A DNA stretch of 64,000 nt from Minisyncoccota bacterium (GCA_032117235.1 JAULZW010000012.1:3230-67229), one strand, 5' to 3'. Positions 51,913 through 63,000 are shown, counted from the stretch's first letter. The notes: generated by a model not told the origin, from the sequence alone. Made by a program: numbers and translations.

Positions 51913-52476
51913 TTAAATCCAATCTTTATACCATAATTCTTTTTTTATAAATAAAGTTATAATCATAAATATAATAGACAATATCATACCAAAGAAGCTA
52001 AAATACATAATCGTTCTTCCTATATTGATTGAGTAGTCTAATAATCCCCATTGACTAAATAGATACCACCAATCATGAGAATCTGGATCTCCTGTAATCA
52101 GTGGCATAGCTCTATCCTTAGCATCAGCTATATAATAAGATATATCCAAGACACTTTGAAATCCCCACCAAGACGTTACACAAGATGCAAACCAGTCTGT
52201 CTGCCTTATAAATACAATCATAAAGAAAAATGGGATTATAATTTGCAATCCAGTTCCCATAATAACCATAATTTGTCTAGGTGCCCAAAAGAAGATAAAG
52301 TGACCAGCTTCATGGAAAACCAAATTTATAGAGTGCATAAAGTTAAATTCCCATAAATTAATAGCTATAATATAATCACCTCTAACAGGCCAAAATTTAA
52401 TACTCCACCAAAACAACAGGATTATTGTAAATATTCTGGGTATATTTGATACTTGTAAAAAATTCTTTAATTTCAT
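51913..52476 (-). CDS. Membrane zinc metallopeptidase-like protein (M50B-like)
   Basis: FHEAGH in a TM context, YIADA, HDW. Confidence 0.7.
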   Translation of the reverse strand: MKLKNFLQVSNIPRIFTIILLFWWSIKFWPVRGDYIIAINLWEFNFMHSINLVFHEAGHFIFFWAPRQIMVIMGTGLQIIIPFFFMIVFIRQTDWFASCVTSWWGFQSVLDISYYIADAKDRAMPLITGDPDSHDWWYLFSQWGLLDYSINIGRTIMYFSFFGMILSIIFMIITLFIKKELWYKDWI

Positions 52477-52579
52477 TAATTTTTTGATATTAAATATATT
52501 AAATTTAATATATCACTATATCTCTTTGAGTTCAAGTTGTGAGTGTGCTATAATTTATCCATTATCTGGATAAAAATTT

Positions 52580-54244
52580 ATGATGAAAGAAAAAATTAAG
52601 CCTATTTATTGTTTTCTTATCGTCACGATTTTTATTTTCCACTACAAGATAGGGATTACTAATGTCATTCCAACCAATGTAGACTGGCTACTACAAGCAG
52701 CGGATTGGCCTCAACATTATTTAGGATGGGAGTTTTTTAGACGGACACCATGGGGTTATCCTCTGGGTGAATTTAGTAATTTATTATATCCAGTTGCAAC
52801 TAATATTGGTTTTACAGATAGTATTCCACTTTTAGCAATTAGCCTCAAATTATTCAATCTAGTTTTACCAGATTTCTTTCAATACATCGGGCTATGGATA
52901 TTTATAAATATATTATTGCAAGCATACCTAGGTTATCTAATTTTTAGAAAACTGAATTTTTCAATAATGGCAGCAACCAGTGCTGGAATCATAATGCAAC
53001 TAACTCCAGCTCTAATTGCAAGATTAAATCATCCCGCCCTCACAGCACATTGGCTGATTTTACTAGCCATATATAATTATCTTAGTTTCGAGAGTAAAAA
53101 AAAGGATATTTATCTAAATTTTTTAGCTATTATATTGAGTAGCTTGATTCACCCTTATTTAGCAATTATGATAATTCCTATTAGTTTAGCTAATTTGTGG
53201 AGATTTAAATCTTGGCCAAAAATTATAATTTTGACAATTGTAGGACTAATAATACCTATTATACTTTGGGCTGGGATTGGTTATTTTGTAGATTATTCTA
53301 TTGGGGATCCTCAGAATTTAGGTTATTATTCTACAAGCTTACAATCTTTTTTTAATCCAGAATATGCAATATGGGATAATCATCTCAAAGATGCCTCATT
53401 GTGGCTAGATTCAAGAGGAATAAGATATCCATCTCAATATGAAGGATTTGCCTATCTTGGATTAGGAGTATTATCTGGCATAATTCTAACAATAGCAATG
53501 CTATTAATAAAAACCACTATTCACACCGAAGAATCACTCTTAACTATTAAAACTATCGCCGTATCATTATCAAAGGAAAGAAAAATATTTTTTATCATCT
53601 GTATTATACTTATTTCACTGTATTCTATTATACACAAAGATAATGTGACATATTTAGAACAGTATAATAATATCCTAATTATTGATATGTTTTTAGAAAA
53701 ATCTGGAGTAATCCGAGCGAATGGTAGATTTATATGGCCACTTATGTATATAGTTATTATTATAACCCTATATGGTATACAAAAAATATTCAAGAAACAT
53801 ACATTTTATATACTAACCATACTTGCACTAATTCAAGTAGTTGATATCACTCCCCTCATAAAAGAACGTCTATTTAGGGATCAGGAGTTTGTATCTATAA
53901 AGTCAGAATCTAGTATATTTTGGAAAAACACTATTAAAGATTATAAGGCTGTCAATATATACCCAGGGGGACAGAGAAGCTATAATCGAGCTGATGATTA
54001 TATTATATTTGCATTTTGGGCGGCTCAGAATAATATTCCAATCAATGCTGGTTATTTATCCAGATACGATATTGAAATCTCCAGAAAATTCAATCTAGAA
54101 CTAGAAAAAAACCTAAACAACAATAATCTAGATAAAAATAGTTTATATATCACCACCAAAGATTATAAAACACTATTCCAAAATATAAGCCAAAATACAA
54201 GCCGAGAATTAGTAGAATATGACAATTATTATATTTTGAAATAA
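52580..54244 (+). CDS. DUF6311-like polytopic membrane glycosyltransferase (GT-C type)
   Basis: DWPQHYLGWEFFR..W..PLG, FTDSIPL, HPY, YEGFAYLGLG, RANGRFIWP. Confidence 0.75.
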   Translation: MMKEKIKPIYCFLIVTIFIFHYKIGITNVIPTNVDWLLQAADWPQHYLGWEFFRRTPWGYPLGEFSNLLYPVATNIGFTDSIPLLAISLKLFNLVLPDFFQYIGLWIFINILLQAYLGYLIFRKLNFSIMAATSAGIIMQLTPALIARLNHPALTAHWLILLAIYNYLSFESKKKDIYLNFLAIILSSLIHPYLAIMIIPISLANLWRFKSWPKIIILTIVGLIIPIILWAGIGYFVDYSIGDPQNLGYYSTSLQSFFNPEYAIWDNHLKDASLWLDSRGIRYPSQYEGFAYLGLGVLSGIILTIAMLLIKTTIHTEESLLTIKTIAVSLSKERKIFFIICIILISLYSIIHKDNVTYLEQYNNILIIDMFLEKSGVIRANGRFIWPLMYIVIIITLYGIQKIFKKHTFYILTILALIQVVDITPLIKERLFRDQEFVSIKSESSIFWKNTIKDYKAVNIYPGGQRSYNRADDYIIFAFWAAQNNIPINAGYLSRYDIEISRKFNLELEKNLNNNNLDKNSLYITTKDYKTLFQNISQNTSRELVEYDNYYILK

Positions 54245-54408
54245 ATACCTCTGCGAAGAGAGAGTCAAAAAATTAGAATTGTATAGACTTTTGTAGAATC
54301 TGCGACCTGGCCGACATTATCTCTAATAACGGAAAGTTTAGTCATCATATATATACCATAAAATGGCAATAATATCAGTATTTATAGACAATTAGTGATG
54401 GGGGGGGG

Positions 54409-54996
54409 TTATGCTTTTGACTGAAGGACTTTTTGGCGATAATATATATGTGAATATATCTGAATCACTAGTATGATAGCACTTGGAAGTCCATAGATGA
54501 GCGCATAATCTTGTCCTTGTAATGCGGTATGTAAAACCAGTAAAAACATTATAGGATAAACTAAAGTATGTAGAGTTTTCCAATATTTACCTAATTTCTT
54601 GACTGAAAAATTGTTAGATGTAAGAAATAATGGGGTTGTAAGTATAAGTGCGAATGAACCAAAAACCTGATATAAAGGGATATTACTAGGAATTCCTGAT
54701 TGAATTATATCAAAGCCACGCATCCACATAAAGTGAATAAAGGCAAAATTAAACATTATTATACCTAGATATCTGCGATGTTTCATTAGGAATAGCTGAA
54801 TTTTTTGTAGTTTATTTTTGACTCTAAATCTTTGAAATATCCCTGGAATAGCAATAATCCAAAATGTCCAAATTGAGAATTTACCACTAAAAGCTCCCAC
54901 TAGCTTTAAATCATAGTTATAAAAAACTAGACTCACCATAAAAACAGTAATTTGTAAATATATAAAGATTTTGAAATACCTTTTATACGAGTTCAT
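54409..54996 (-). CDS. Ferric-reductase-like transmembrane protein (MsrQ-like)
   Basis: RRYLGI..F.FAFIH, PLFLTSN, LGKYWKTLHTLVY...LH. Confidence 0.85.
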   Translation of the reverse strand: MNSYKRYFKIFIYLQITVFMVSLVFYNYDLKLVGAFSGKFSIWTFWIIAIPGIFQRFRVKNKLQKIQLFLMKHRRYLGIIMFNFAFIHFMWMRGFDIIQSGIPSNIPLYQVFGSFALILTTPLFLTSNNFSVKKLGKYWKTLHTLVYPIMFLLVLHTALQGQDYALIYGLPSAIILVIQIYSHIYYRQKVLQSKA

Positions 54997-55126
54997 ATAA
55001 TGTTAGGTTTTATAATGCTTAATAAAATATATTATATAGGTATTATAATTAAATGGCAATAAGTAATTATAATCTATGATCTTTTATGTTATAATAGTAA
55101 GGTCAGGTATAAAATCATAATTTAGT

Positions 55127-55471
55127 ATGAGTTTAATAATATCAATCATTGCGAATAGTGTAGGGTTATATGTGGCCAGTGTTGTTGTGCCAGGATTTAC
55201 GGTTGATCCCACTGTGCCTTTGTATTACTTTCTAATAGCTGGCCTTGTATTTACTATTATTTTTTCTATTGTATTGCCAATTGTTAAATTGATATCTTTT
55301 CCAATTATTTTTTTAACCTTAGGTTTATTTTCTTTTATATTAAATCTAATCGCTTTTTATACTCTGGATCAGCTATTGACTGGCTTAGAGTTTAATTCTA
55401 TTTTGGCAATGATATTGACCTCAATCGTAATTAGTAGTATAAATATGTTGTCTAATGTATTTTTAAGATAA
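55127..55471 (+). CDS. Phage holin family (YvlD-like) membrane protein
   Basis: PIVKLISFPIIFLTLGLFSFILN signature. Confidence 0.85.
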   Translation: MSLIISIIANSVGLYVASVVVPGFTVDPTVPLYYFLIAGLVFTIIFSIVLPIVKLISFPIIFLTLGLFSFILNLIAFYTLDQLLTGLEFNSILAMILTSIVISSINMLSNVFLR

Positions 55472-55483
55472 TAATTAATTCTT

Positions 55484-55699
55484 ATGGAAACCTATATTTC
55501 TATTGCTCTCATTACCCTATCCGTATTATTAGTAACTTCAGTTTTGTTACAACAAATGGGAAGCGGTTTATCATCAACCTTTGGTGGAAGTGGGGCTTCT
55601 TATCAGACTAGACGAGGTTTGGAAAAAGTTTTATTTAGAGCTACGATAGTTTTGGGTGTTTTGATTGTAGTAGGAAGTATTGTCTATATTGCTCTATAG
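55484..55699 (+). CDS. secG: Preprotein translocase subunit SecG
   Basis: VLLQQMGSGLSSTFGG, TRRGLEKVLFRAT. Confidence 0.93.
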   Translation: METYISIALITLSVLLVTSVLLQQMGSGLSSTFGGSGASYQTRRGLEKVLFRATIVLGVLIVVGSIVYIAL

Positions 55700-55731
55700 A
55701 TTTTAATATTTTAACTAATTAAATTATATTT

Positions 55732-57534
55732 ATGGACATTATAAAAAGAATTCCTAAGCCTATTGAACCTAAGAGTATTCCCAAGTCTATTGACCTCAAA
55801 AATATTCCTAAACAACTAAAAGGTATTTCTAAAAAAAATCCTTTAAAAAATCTAAATATTAAAGATATTTCTAAAAATATATCAACTAGTAATTTACCTA
55901 CACAGCTTAAGAATAATATATTCCTCAACTTTACAATTATATTTATTGTTTTAATTGTAATCGGAAGTATAGCTTATGGTATGATGACCAAAGATATACC
56001 AACAGTTGGTGGTTTTATAAGAGAAGGGATTATAGGGCAACCCCAATATATTAACCCTGTATTGTCATTCTCCAATGATGTCAATAAGCCTGATAGGGTT
56101 TTGGAATATTTGATTTATCCGACTTTATTCAGACTAGATGCAGAAGGTAATCTTGCTAATGAATTAGTGGAAGGATATACTGTTAGTGATAATGGGAAGG
56201 AATATATTTTCAAGATTAAATCTGGAGTTACTTGGGATGATAATACCCCACTTACTGTTGATGATGTAATATTTACTATAGAAACCATAAAAAATCCTGA
56301 TTATAATAGCCCTCTTAACTCAGCCTTAAAGGGAGTAAACATAACTAGAGTGGATGATTCTACTCTAAAAATAAATCTAAATAGTAGTTATTCTCCATTT
56401 TTATCTGGACTAACCTTTGGAATTCTACCAAAACATATTTGGAATAATCTAGAACCTAGCGCCTTTCTTTTAGCGAAAGCTAACTTAGAACCAGTAGGTG
56501 CTGGTAAGTTTAGATATAAATCTATTCAAAAAAAGAAGGACGGCAATATTGCATCTATAACAATTGAAAGGAATCCGAACTATTTTGGAGCAAAACCCAA
56601 TATAGACACTTTTACTCTGGTTTTCTATAAACAAAATGAAGAAGATAAGATGATCAAAGATTTCAAACAAAATGAATTACAGGCCATTACCCAACTCAAA
56701 AACACTTTGTCAGAATCTGATAAATTTCAGGCTAATATTTTGAATACTCCTCAATCTTTTGGAATGATATTCAATGTAAAAGACCCTTTATTAACTAATA
56801 AAGAGATTCGACAAGCTATAGCTAGCTCTATCAATAAAGATGAAATTGTAAATAATATTTTACAAGGAGAAGCAACTTCTGTTAATGGTGTACTTAGTAC
56901 TTTTAATAAATTTTATGTAGATACTCCTATTGAACAAAACATAGATAATGCAAAGCAAATATTAGATAATGCTAACTGGAAAGATGTAGATGGTGATGGA
57001 ATTAGAGAAAAAGATAATCAAAAAGCTGAATTCACCCTATTAGTAGCTAGTGGAAATAAAGTAGATGAAGTGACTCAAAAACTAAAAGCACAAATTAAAG
57101 AAATTGGTATACAGATGAATACCGAAGTAATTCCATTTAACGAATTATCCAATAACCAGATCCGTAATCGCTCTTATCAAGCTCTGTTCTTAGGAATTGG
57201 ATTAAATATATATCCTGATCCTTATATATATTGGCATTCTTCTCAAGTCAATAGTCCTGGATTGAATTTAGCTCAATACACTAATATAAATAATGACGGC
57301 TATATTGAAACTGCTAGAACTAATACGGATATCAATGTTATCTCATCTAGTCTAGCCCAATTTCAACAGCAAATAGCCAGCGATGTACCAGCTATATTTA
57401 TATATTCTCCACAATATCTATACTATACAAAACCTATTATTAGTAATATTAGACTATCTACTGGAAATTCATCTGTGGATAGATATGCCTCTATTTCTGA
57501 ATGGTATGTACGCACCAAAAGAGTATTAAAGTAA
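55732..57534 (+). CDS. Peptide ABC transporter substrate-binding protein (family 5)
   Basis: EGIIGQPQYINP, WDDNTPLTVDDVIFT, ILPKHIW, PVGAGKF, DGDGIREK. Confidence 0.9.
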   Translation: MDIIKRIPKPIEPKSIPKSIDLKNIPKQLKGISKKNPLKNLNIKDISKNISTSNLPTQLKNNIFLNFTIIFIVLIVIGSIAYGMMTKDIPTVGGFIREGIIGQPQYINPVLSFSNDVNKPDRVLEYLIYPTLFRLDAEGNLANELVEGYTVSDNGKEYIFKIKSGVTWDDNTPLTVDDVIFTIETIKNPDYNSPLNSALKGVNITRVDDSTLKINLNSSYSPFLSGLTFGILPKHIWNNLEPSAFLLAKANLEPVGAGKFRYKSIQKKKDGNIASITIERNPNYFGAKPNIDTFTLVFYKQNEEDKMIKDFKQNELQAITQLKNTLSESDKFQANILNTPQSFGMIFNVKDPLLTNKEIRQAIASSINKDEIVNNILQGEATSVNGVLSTFNKFYVDTPIEQNIDNAKQILDNANWKDVDGDGIREKDNQKAEFTLLVASGNKVDEVTQKLKAQIKEIGIQMNTEVIPFNELSNNQIRNRSYQALFLGIGLNIYPDPYIYWHSSQVNSPGLNLAQYTNINNDGYIETARTNTDINVISSSLAQFQQQIASDVPAIFIYSPQYLYYTKPIISNIRLSTGNSSVDRYASISEWYVRTKRVLK

Positions 57535-57536
57535 AT

Positions 57537-58235
57537 ATGGGATACTTTATCTTTGATCCTATAACTAAAAATTTAAGTTTAGATGAAATTCATCATATCA
57601 AAGATGTATTAAGATTAAAACCTGGCTCAAATCTAAAAGCTACTGATGGGAAAGGGAATTTATATAGTTTAAGAATAACCCATATAAAACCATTTGGTCT
57701 TGATGTTCTCAATATAACCACAATACCACCTGCTAATATTTATATTCGTTGTATTATAGCTACAATCAAAATACCCTTGTTGGAGTTAGCAATTCAAAAA
57801 TTAACTGAAATTGGGGTAGATGAAATTATAATTACAAAAACTAAATTTGCTCAAATCGAGCTAGAAAAGATTGAAAACAAACTAAGTAGATGGCAGACTA
57901 TAATTAATACTGCTTGCAAACAGTCTGAAAGAGTATACTTTCCTAATATTTCAATACAAAAGATAGAAAATATTGAATATGACGGCTATAATAATCTAAA
58001 TTTAATTGGTGATACTCAATTTAGTAATAATACTCAAAATATTAAATCTATTGTTTTAGATAATATTAAAAATATTACTTTATTAATTGGTCCGGAAGGA
58101 GGTTTTGAAAAGCAAGAATATGTAGATTTAATTGATAAATATAATTATATACCAGTTATCTTTACCCCATATATTTTAAGATCCGAGACGGCCGCCATTG
58201 TAGGCTCAGGAATATTGAAAAATTTAAGCCTCTAA
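57537..58235 (+). CDS. rsmE: 16S rRNA m3U1498 methyltransferase RsmE
   Basis: HHIKDVLRL, QKLTEIGV, ACKQSER, IGPEGGF, ILRSETAA. Confidence 0.93.
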   Translation: MGYFIFDPITKNLSLDEIHHIKDVLRLKPGSNLKATDGKGNLYSLRITHIKPFGLDVLNITTIPPANIYIRCIIATIKIPLLELAIQKLTEIGVDEIIITKTKFAQIELEKIENKLSRWQTIINTACKQSERVYFPNISIQKIENIEYDGYNNLNLIGDTQFSNNTQNIKSIVLDNIKNITLLIGPEGGFEKQEYVDLIDKYNYIPVIFTPYILRSETAAIVGSGILKNLSL

Positions 58236-59519
58236 TTCTGATTCTGCTGTTTCTATCAAGTCAACTTCTCTTTTTCCAATTTCAAAGGTATCTACATTTT
58301 TTAGTTTTCTCTCAATAGCTCTTGCTCTAGTAGCTCCTGCATCAATTTGATTAGATGCTTCTTGTAATTTTTTCTGCGTACGCTCTAATATTTCACCAAA
58401 TCGTCCAAATTCTGTTTTTACCTCAGATAAGGTTTGCCATATCTCACTTGATTGTTGCTCAATAGCAAGAGTTCTGAATCCCATTTGCAAACTGTTTAAA
58501 ATTGCAGTTATAGTAGTAGGGCCAGTAATCATAACTCTATATTCTCGCTGTATTGATTCTACTAATCCTGGTATTTTTAATAGTTGAGCATATAAGCCCT
58601 CAATTGGGATAAAGAGAATAGCAAAATCTGTGGTATAAGGAGGATCAATATATTTAGCTTGTATTTTCTTACCTTCATCTTTTAATCTCTTCTCAATAGC
58701 TTTATTGGCAGAATCAATAGCTGGTCTATCATTAGCATCTTCTGCCTCAATTAATCTCTGATAATCTTCTATAGGGAATTTAGCATCAATTGGTAGCCAG
58801 ATATGATTAAGATTTTTATCCTTACCTGGTAATTTTATAGCATATTCTACCACATCTTTAGAATTTTTTTTGGTTGCGACATTAGACTGATATTGTTCTT
58901 TGGTTAGAATTTGCTCTAACAAATTACCAAGTTGAACTTCTCCCCAAGTTCCACGAGTTTTAACGTTAGATAAAACTTTTTTCAAATCCCCTACTCCCAC
59001 AGCTAAATGTTGCATTTCTCCAAGTCCTTTATGAACTTGTTCTAATCTTTCACTAACTGATTGAAATGACTGAGCTAAACGTTTTTCTAAGGTAGATTGT
59101 AGTTTTTCATCTACAGTTTCTCTCATTTTTTCAAGCTTCTGATTATTATCTTTCTGGAGTTCAGTCAATCTTTGTTCTACGGTATTCCGAATAAGTTCTA
59201 ATTTAGTAGCATTTTGTTTGGTCAACTCAACTAATTGCTGAGAAAATATTTCTAGCTGATTTTTCTGCATAATAGAGGCTTCATGCATTCGCTTGAATAA
59301 AGTATTTCCAAATGTGTTTAAATTGTTTCCCATCTCAACCCTGCCCTCTTGAGCTAATTCTCTAGATTCTTTACGAATATTCTGCAAATCATCTTTTAGT
59401 CTTTTTTCTGAGTTAATTAATAATTGATCGAAATTATTATCCGTTTTATTATTTTTAATAAAAAATATAATTAATATCTGTAAACTAATAGTAATTAATC
59501 CTACAATATAAATTTCCAT
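58224..59519 (-). CDS. rmuC: DNA recombination protein RmuC
   Basis: TRGTWGEVQL, LPIDAKFP, TTDFAILFIPIEGLY, NSLQMGFRT. Confidence 0.95.
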   Translation of the reverse strand: MEIYIVGLITISLQILIIFFIKNNKTDNNFDQLLINSEKRLKDDLQNIRKESRELAQEGRVEMGNNLNTFGNTLFKRMHEASIMQKNQLEIFSQQLVELTKQNATKLELIRNTVEQRLTELQKDNNQKLEKMRETVDEKLQSTLEKRLAQSFQSVSERLEQVHKGLGEMQHLAVGVGDLKKVLSNVKTRGTWGEVQLGNLLEQILTKEQYQSNVATKKNSKDVVEYAIKLPGKDKNLNHIWLPIDAKFPIEDYQRLIEAEDANDRPAIDSANKAIEKRLKDEGKKIQAKYIDPPYTTDFAILFIPIEGLYAQLLKIPGLVESIQREYRVMITGPTTITAILNSLQMGFRTLAIEQQSSEIWQTLSEVKTEFGRFGEILERTQKKLQEASNQIDAGATRARAIERKLKNVDTFEIGKREVDLIETAESELEA

Positions 59520-59520
59520 A

Positions 59521-60558
59521 TTATTCTTCTTCTAAACCTTTTACAAAAATTGAAATAACAGATACTACCGGCAAAGCAATTAATGCCCCTAAAGCCCCAG
59601 CTAATGAAGCGCCTAATAGAATCACAATCATTACAATAAGAGTGTGTATACCAGTAACTTTTCTCATAATTAATGGTGTCATAAAATTACCATCTATCTG
59701 CTGTAATATAAGATAAAATAGTCCAGTAGCTAAAAATGTTTTAAAACCTATGGTCAAAGCCAAAATTAAAGCTGGCACCGCAGATAGAATTGGTCCAATA
59801 ATTGGAATAATATTAAAAAAAGCAGCTATAACGGATAATAGTAAGGCATACGGCACTTTGATAATTAATAAAAATGGATAGGTTAAGACAGCTAATATAA
59901 CTGAAATTAATAACTGTCCAGTCAACCAATACCCTACTTTTTGCCTAGCCTGATTAACTTTACTACTTACTAATATATGTTGTTTAGTAGGGAAAAATAA
60001 ATTAATAATATCATCTAAATTCTTTGGTCTAATTGCCATATAAAAGGTAGCCGCAAAGAAGAATGCTATATAAAAAATAATATTAATTATATTTTGAGTT
60101 GTAAAAAACAAACCTGTAATAATATCCCAAGTAACTGTACCTATATTAATATTACCTCCTGTTGTAGAATTAAAATATTCTACCAAATTAAAGTCTGGTT
60201 TATCAATTATATTACCTATAAATAAGTTAGCGTCACTAAATAATTTAGGGAAATTATTTACTAAAGCTGTGAATTCACTACTAATAGTAGGTACAATTAA
60301 TTGATATAATATTAAAGATATTCCAAACATTATAGAGAGCACCAAAAAGACACCCACCTGATAAGGGATTTTAAACAAACTATTTATTAACCTTGCGCCC
60401 AATACTATACCTGAAGATAAAATAAAAGCCACAATAGTAATAACCAAGACATCTCTCAATAAAAATAAACACCATATTCCAGCTATAATTAAAGCCCCTT
60501 GAAATAATGATTTCAAATCAACATCCAGTACATAATGGTTATTTTGTTTCATATACAT
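59521..60558 (-). CDS. AI-2E family transporter
   Basis: WLTGQ, IPIIGP, QQIDGN..P, GALIALP. Confidence 0.9.
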   Translation of the reverse strand: MYMKQNNHYVLDVDLKSLFQGALIIAGIWCLFLLRDVLVITIVAFILSSGIVLGARLINSLFKIPYQVGVFLVLSIMFGISLILYQLIVPTISSEFTALVNNFPKLFSDANLFIGNIIDKPDFNLVEYFNSTTGGNINIGTVTWDIITGLFFTTQNIINIIFYIAFFFAATFYMAIRPKNLDDIINLFFPTKQHILVSSKVNQARQKVGYWLTGQLLISVILAVLTYPFLLIIKVPYALLLSVIAAFFNIIPIIGPILSAVPALILALTIGFKTFLATGLFYLILQQIDGNFMTPLIMRKVTGIHTLIVMIVILLGASLAGALGALIALPVVSVISIFVKGLEEE

Positions 60559-60583
60559 TAAAGTTATACAATCAAATTATACA

Positions 60584-61480
60584 CTATTTTTGACAAAATT
60601 GACAGAATACAGTAGTACGACTGTTTATAATAGTTTTTTGTAAAGTACGCTCACATTCAAGACAAAGTCTTCCTGCTTTCCCATAAACCTTATGTTCTCT
60701 AGCATAAGTCCCTCTTGAACCATCGGCCATAATATAATTAGCAATGGATGAACCTCCCATTTCAACTGCCTTAGGAATAATTTCTATAATAGCTTTATAT
60801 AATTTTTCTACCTCTTTTTTGGTTAAAGTATTAGTTAATCTAACTGGCAAAATACCAGCCTTGAAACACACTTCATCCGCATATATATTACCAAGTCCTG
60901 TCACAATCTCCTGATTTAATAGTACAGTTTTAAGTTTGGATTTTTTACCTTTGAAATTTTTATATAAATAATCAGCTGTAAATGTATCATCAAAAGGATC
61001 AAGTCCAATTTTATCAAAGTGTCCTAGTTTATAAATAGTATCTAAATCTGGATAAAGTAACACATAGCCAAACATTCTCACATCATTATAATACAAAGTT
61101 CCTTGATTCAATTCAAATACAATGTGACTATGCTGATTAGGCAGCTTACTTTCAGATAATTCAATCGGATGCCCGCCTAAAACCTTATTTTTATTCTCGT
61201 CCTGATAAACTAACTGTCCTGTCATTTTTAGATGAACCAAAAAAACTTGACCATCACTCAAATGTATAATTAAATTTTTTGCAACCCTAGTAATATCTGT
61301 AATTTGATTACCGATAGGTTTTGTTTCAAATTCTTGTTTTTTCTGATCTAAAGGCTGCCTGACTGTGCCAGAACCACTGACCAATTTGGGTTTATGTACG
61401 GTTATTGATTTTATGGTCTTACCAATAATATAAGGTTTTAGACTTCTTCTTAAACTCTCTACTTCTGGTAGTTCTGGCAT
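60584..61480 (-). CDS. mutM: Formamidopyrimidine-DNA glycosylase
   Basis: MPELPEVE, HLKMTG, GLGNIYADE, C-terminal C4 zinc finger. Confidence 0.96.
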   Translation of the reverse strand: MPELPEVESLRRSLKPYIIGKTIKSITVHKPKLVSGSGTVRQPLDQKKQEFETKPIGNQITDITRVAKNLIIHLSDGQVFLVHLKMTGQLVYQDENKNKVLGGHPIELSESKLPNQHSHIVFELNQGTLYYNDVRMFGYVLLYPDLDTIYKLGHFDKIGLDPFDDTFTADYLYKNFKGKKSKLKTVLLNQEIVTGLGNIYADEVCFKAGILPVRLTNTLTKKEVEKLYKAIIEIIPKAVEMGGSSIANYIMADGSRGTYAREHKVYGKAGRLCLECERTLQKTIINSRTTVFCQFCQK

Positions 61481-61493
61481 ATATTTTAGATAA

Positions 61494-62234
61494 TTATTTT
61501 TTCTTATATTCTAGTTTTTGTCTTAAATCATCCACAAAATCAGTTTTAATATCTAAAGAATCATATAGATTAGAGTAGGCTTTTTCATTAGGTACTAATA
61601 AGGTGTTTAACTTACCTTGACTTTTTAGATATTGAACCAAGGTATAAAAGTCTCCGTCACCACTCACTATGACCGCCTGATCATATTGATTGATTTGAGT
61701 TAAAGCATATAATACCATTTCTGCATCAACATTACCTTTTAAATCACCTTGTTTAGTAGCTAAAGTAGGCTTGAAAACCAAATGATATCCGAAATCCTGT
61801 AAAGCTGAGTATAATTGTTGATTAGTATTTACCATTCCAATAAACATATAGGCTTTTTTAACACCATAATGCTTATCTAAATAATTCCTAAATTCTTTAT
61901 AATCTAAACTCCACCCTTGACTTTGAATAGATTTATTCAAATTCTGACCATCAATAAAAGCAAAGTTTGGTCGCTTTGAAGCTGGTTTCGATTGTGAAGT
62001 ATGTAAGGTATTATGTCTAACACCTTTAGGTATATGCTTTACAGCTTTGGACTGCAATATTTGTGAAGGGTTGTGTGCTTTATGCTCTGATTGAGTTGTC
62101 TTAACTTTAAGATCTGAACTGTCAGATTTACTTTCAATATTAGAGTTTTGACTAATAGTCTTGTCTACAATTTCATCAGCACTACTAAAGAAGCTTCCTT
62201 TAGGTCTAAAGGTATGCTTGTATTTTTTTTTCAT
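61494..62234 (-). CDS. NYN domain protein (LabA/DUF88-like)
   Basis: FIDGQNL, KGNVD, VSGDGDF; disordered N-terminal extension. Confidence 0.88.
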   Translation of the reverse strand: MKKKYKHTFRPKGSFFSSADEIVDKTISQNSNIESKSDSSDLKVKTTQSEHKAHNPSQILQSKAVKHIPKGVRHNTLHTSQSKPASKRPNFAFIDGQNLNKSIQSQGWSLDYKEFRNYLDKHYGVKKAYMFIGMVNTNQQLYSALQDFGYHLVFKPTLATKQGDLKGNVDAEMVLYALTQINQYDQAVIVSGDGDFYTLVQYLKSQGKLNTLLVPNEKAYSNLYDSLDIKTDFVDDLRQKLEYKKK

Positions 62235-62331
62235 AACAAAATATTAAAATAATAACAATTAAAGTAATAGTATTTAATTAAAAATAATTTCAAATAACCA
62301 ATATTAAATACTACTCTTCATTTATTATAGC

Positions 62332-62910
62332 TTATAATGTGAATTTATGCAAAAATTCATCAATTATATCAAGAGCTTGTTGCACTGTATCTGAAAGTTT
62401 AATATTGGGAATGATTACATCAAATTGGTCTTTGTAAGATAACTCATACTCCGCTCTCTGCAACCTTCTCGCTAACTCTGCTTCAGTTTCAGTAGATCTA
62501 TATTTCAACCTATCCTTCAACACATCTATACTAGTTACATCTAAAAATATAGTTAATAATCTATTCCCAAGTAATTTTTTTAATTCTAAAGCCCCATTTA
62601 CATCTATGGATAAAATTGGTATTTTACCCTTACGAGCTAAATTATCTATCTCAGAATTAAGAGTACCGTAAAAAACATCTGGATAAACTTCTTCCCATTC
62701 TAAAAACTCATTCTTAGCAATTTTATCTTGGAATTCTTGTAAACTCAAAAAATAATAATCCCTACCGTCAATTTCATTGACTCTTGGAGCTCTAGTAGTA
62801 GCTGATATAGATCTATCAAATCTCCTTGATAATCGTAAGATTTTTTGAGTTACAGTAGACTTACCTCCTCCTGAAGGAGATGAAATAGTAATTAAAGGTG
62901 ATTTTGACAT
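62332..62910 (-). CDS. gmk: Guanylate kinase
   Basis: SPSGGGKST, SATTRAPR.NEIDGRDYYF, YGT. Confidence 0.95.
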   Translation of the reverse strand: MSKSPLITISSPSGGGKSTVTQKILRLSRRFDRSISATTRAPRVNEIDGRDYYFLSLQEFQDKIAKNEFLEWEEVYPDVFYGTLNSEIDNLARKGKIPILSIDVNGALELKKLLGNRLLTIFLDVTSIDVLKDRLKYRSTETEAELARRLQRAEYELSYKDQFDVIIPNIKLSDTVQQALDIIDEFLHKFTL

Positions 62911-63000
62911 TAATATAATTATAATATATATGGTCTGAATTGTATCATAAATTAGGCGTAAGTTCAATTCAATCTATATAAAGATAGTTGTAATTATATT

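Noticed and set aside
54248-54326. Weak palindromes (ctct-gcga-agag; gtag...tctcta) between convergent genes
   Set aside because: Too degenerate to assign to either repeat family or to call a terminator.
55127-55471. Holin-family gene as evidence of a prophage
   Set aside because: YvlD-like genes are chromosomal, and no phage structural, terminase or integrase genes are present.
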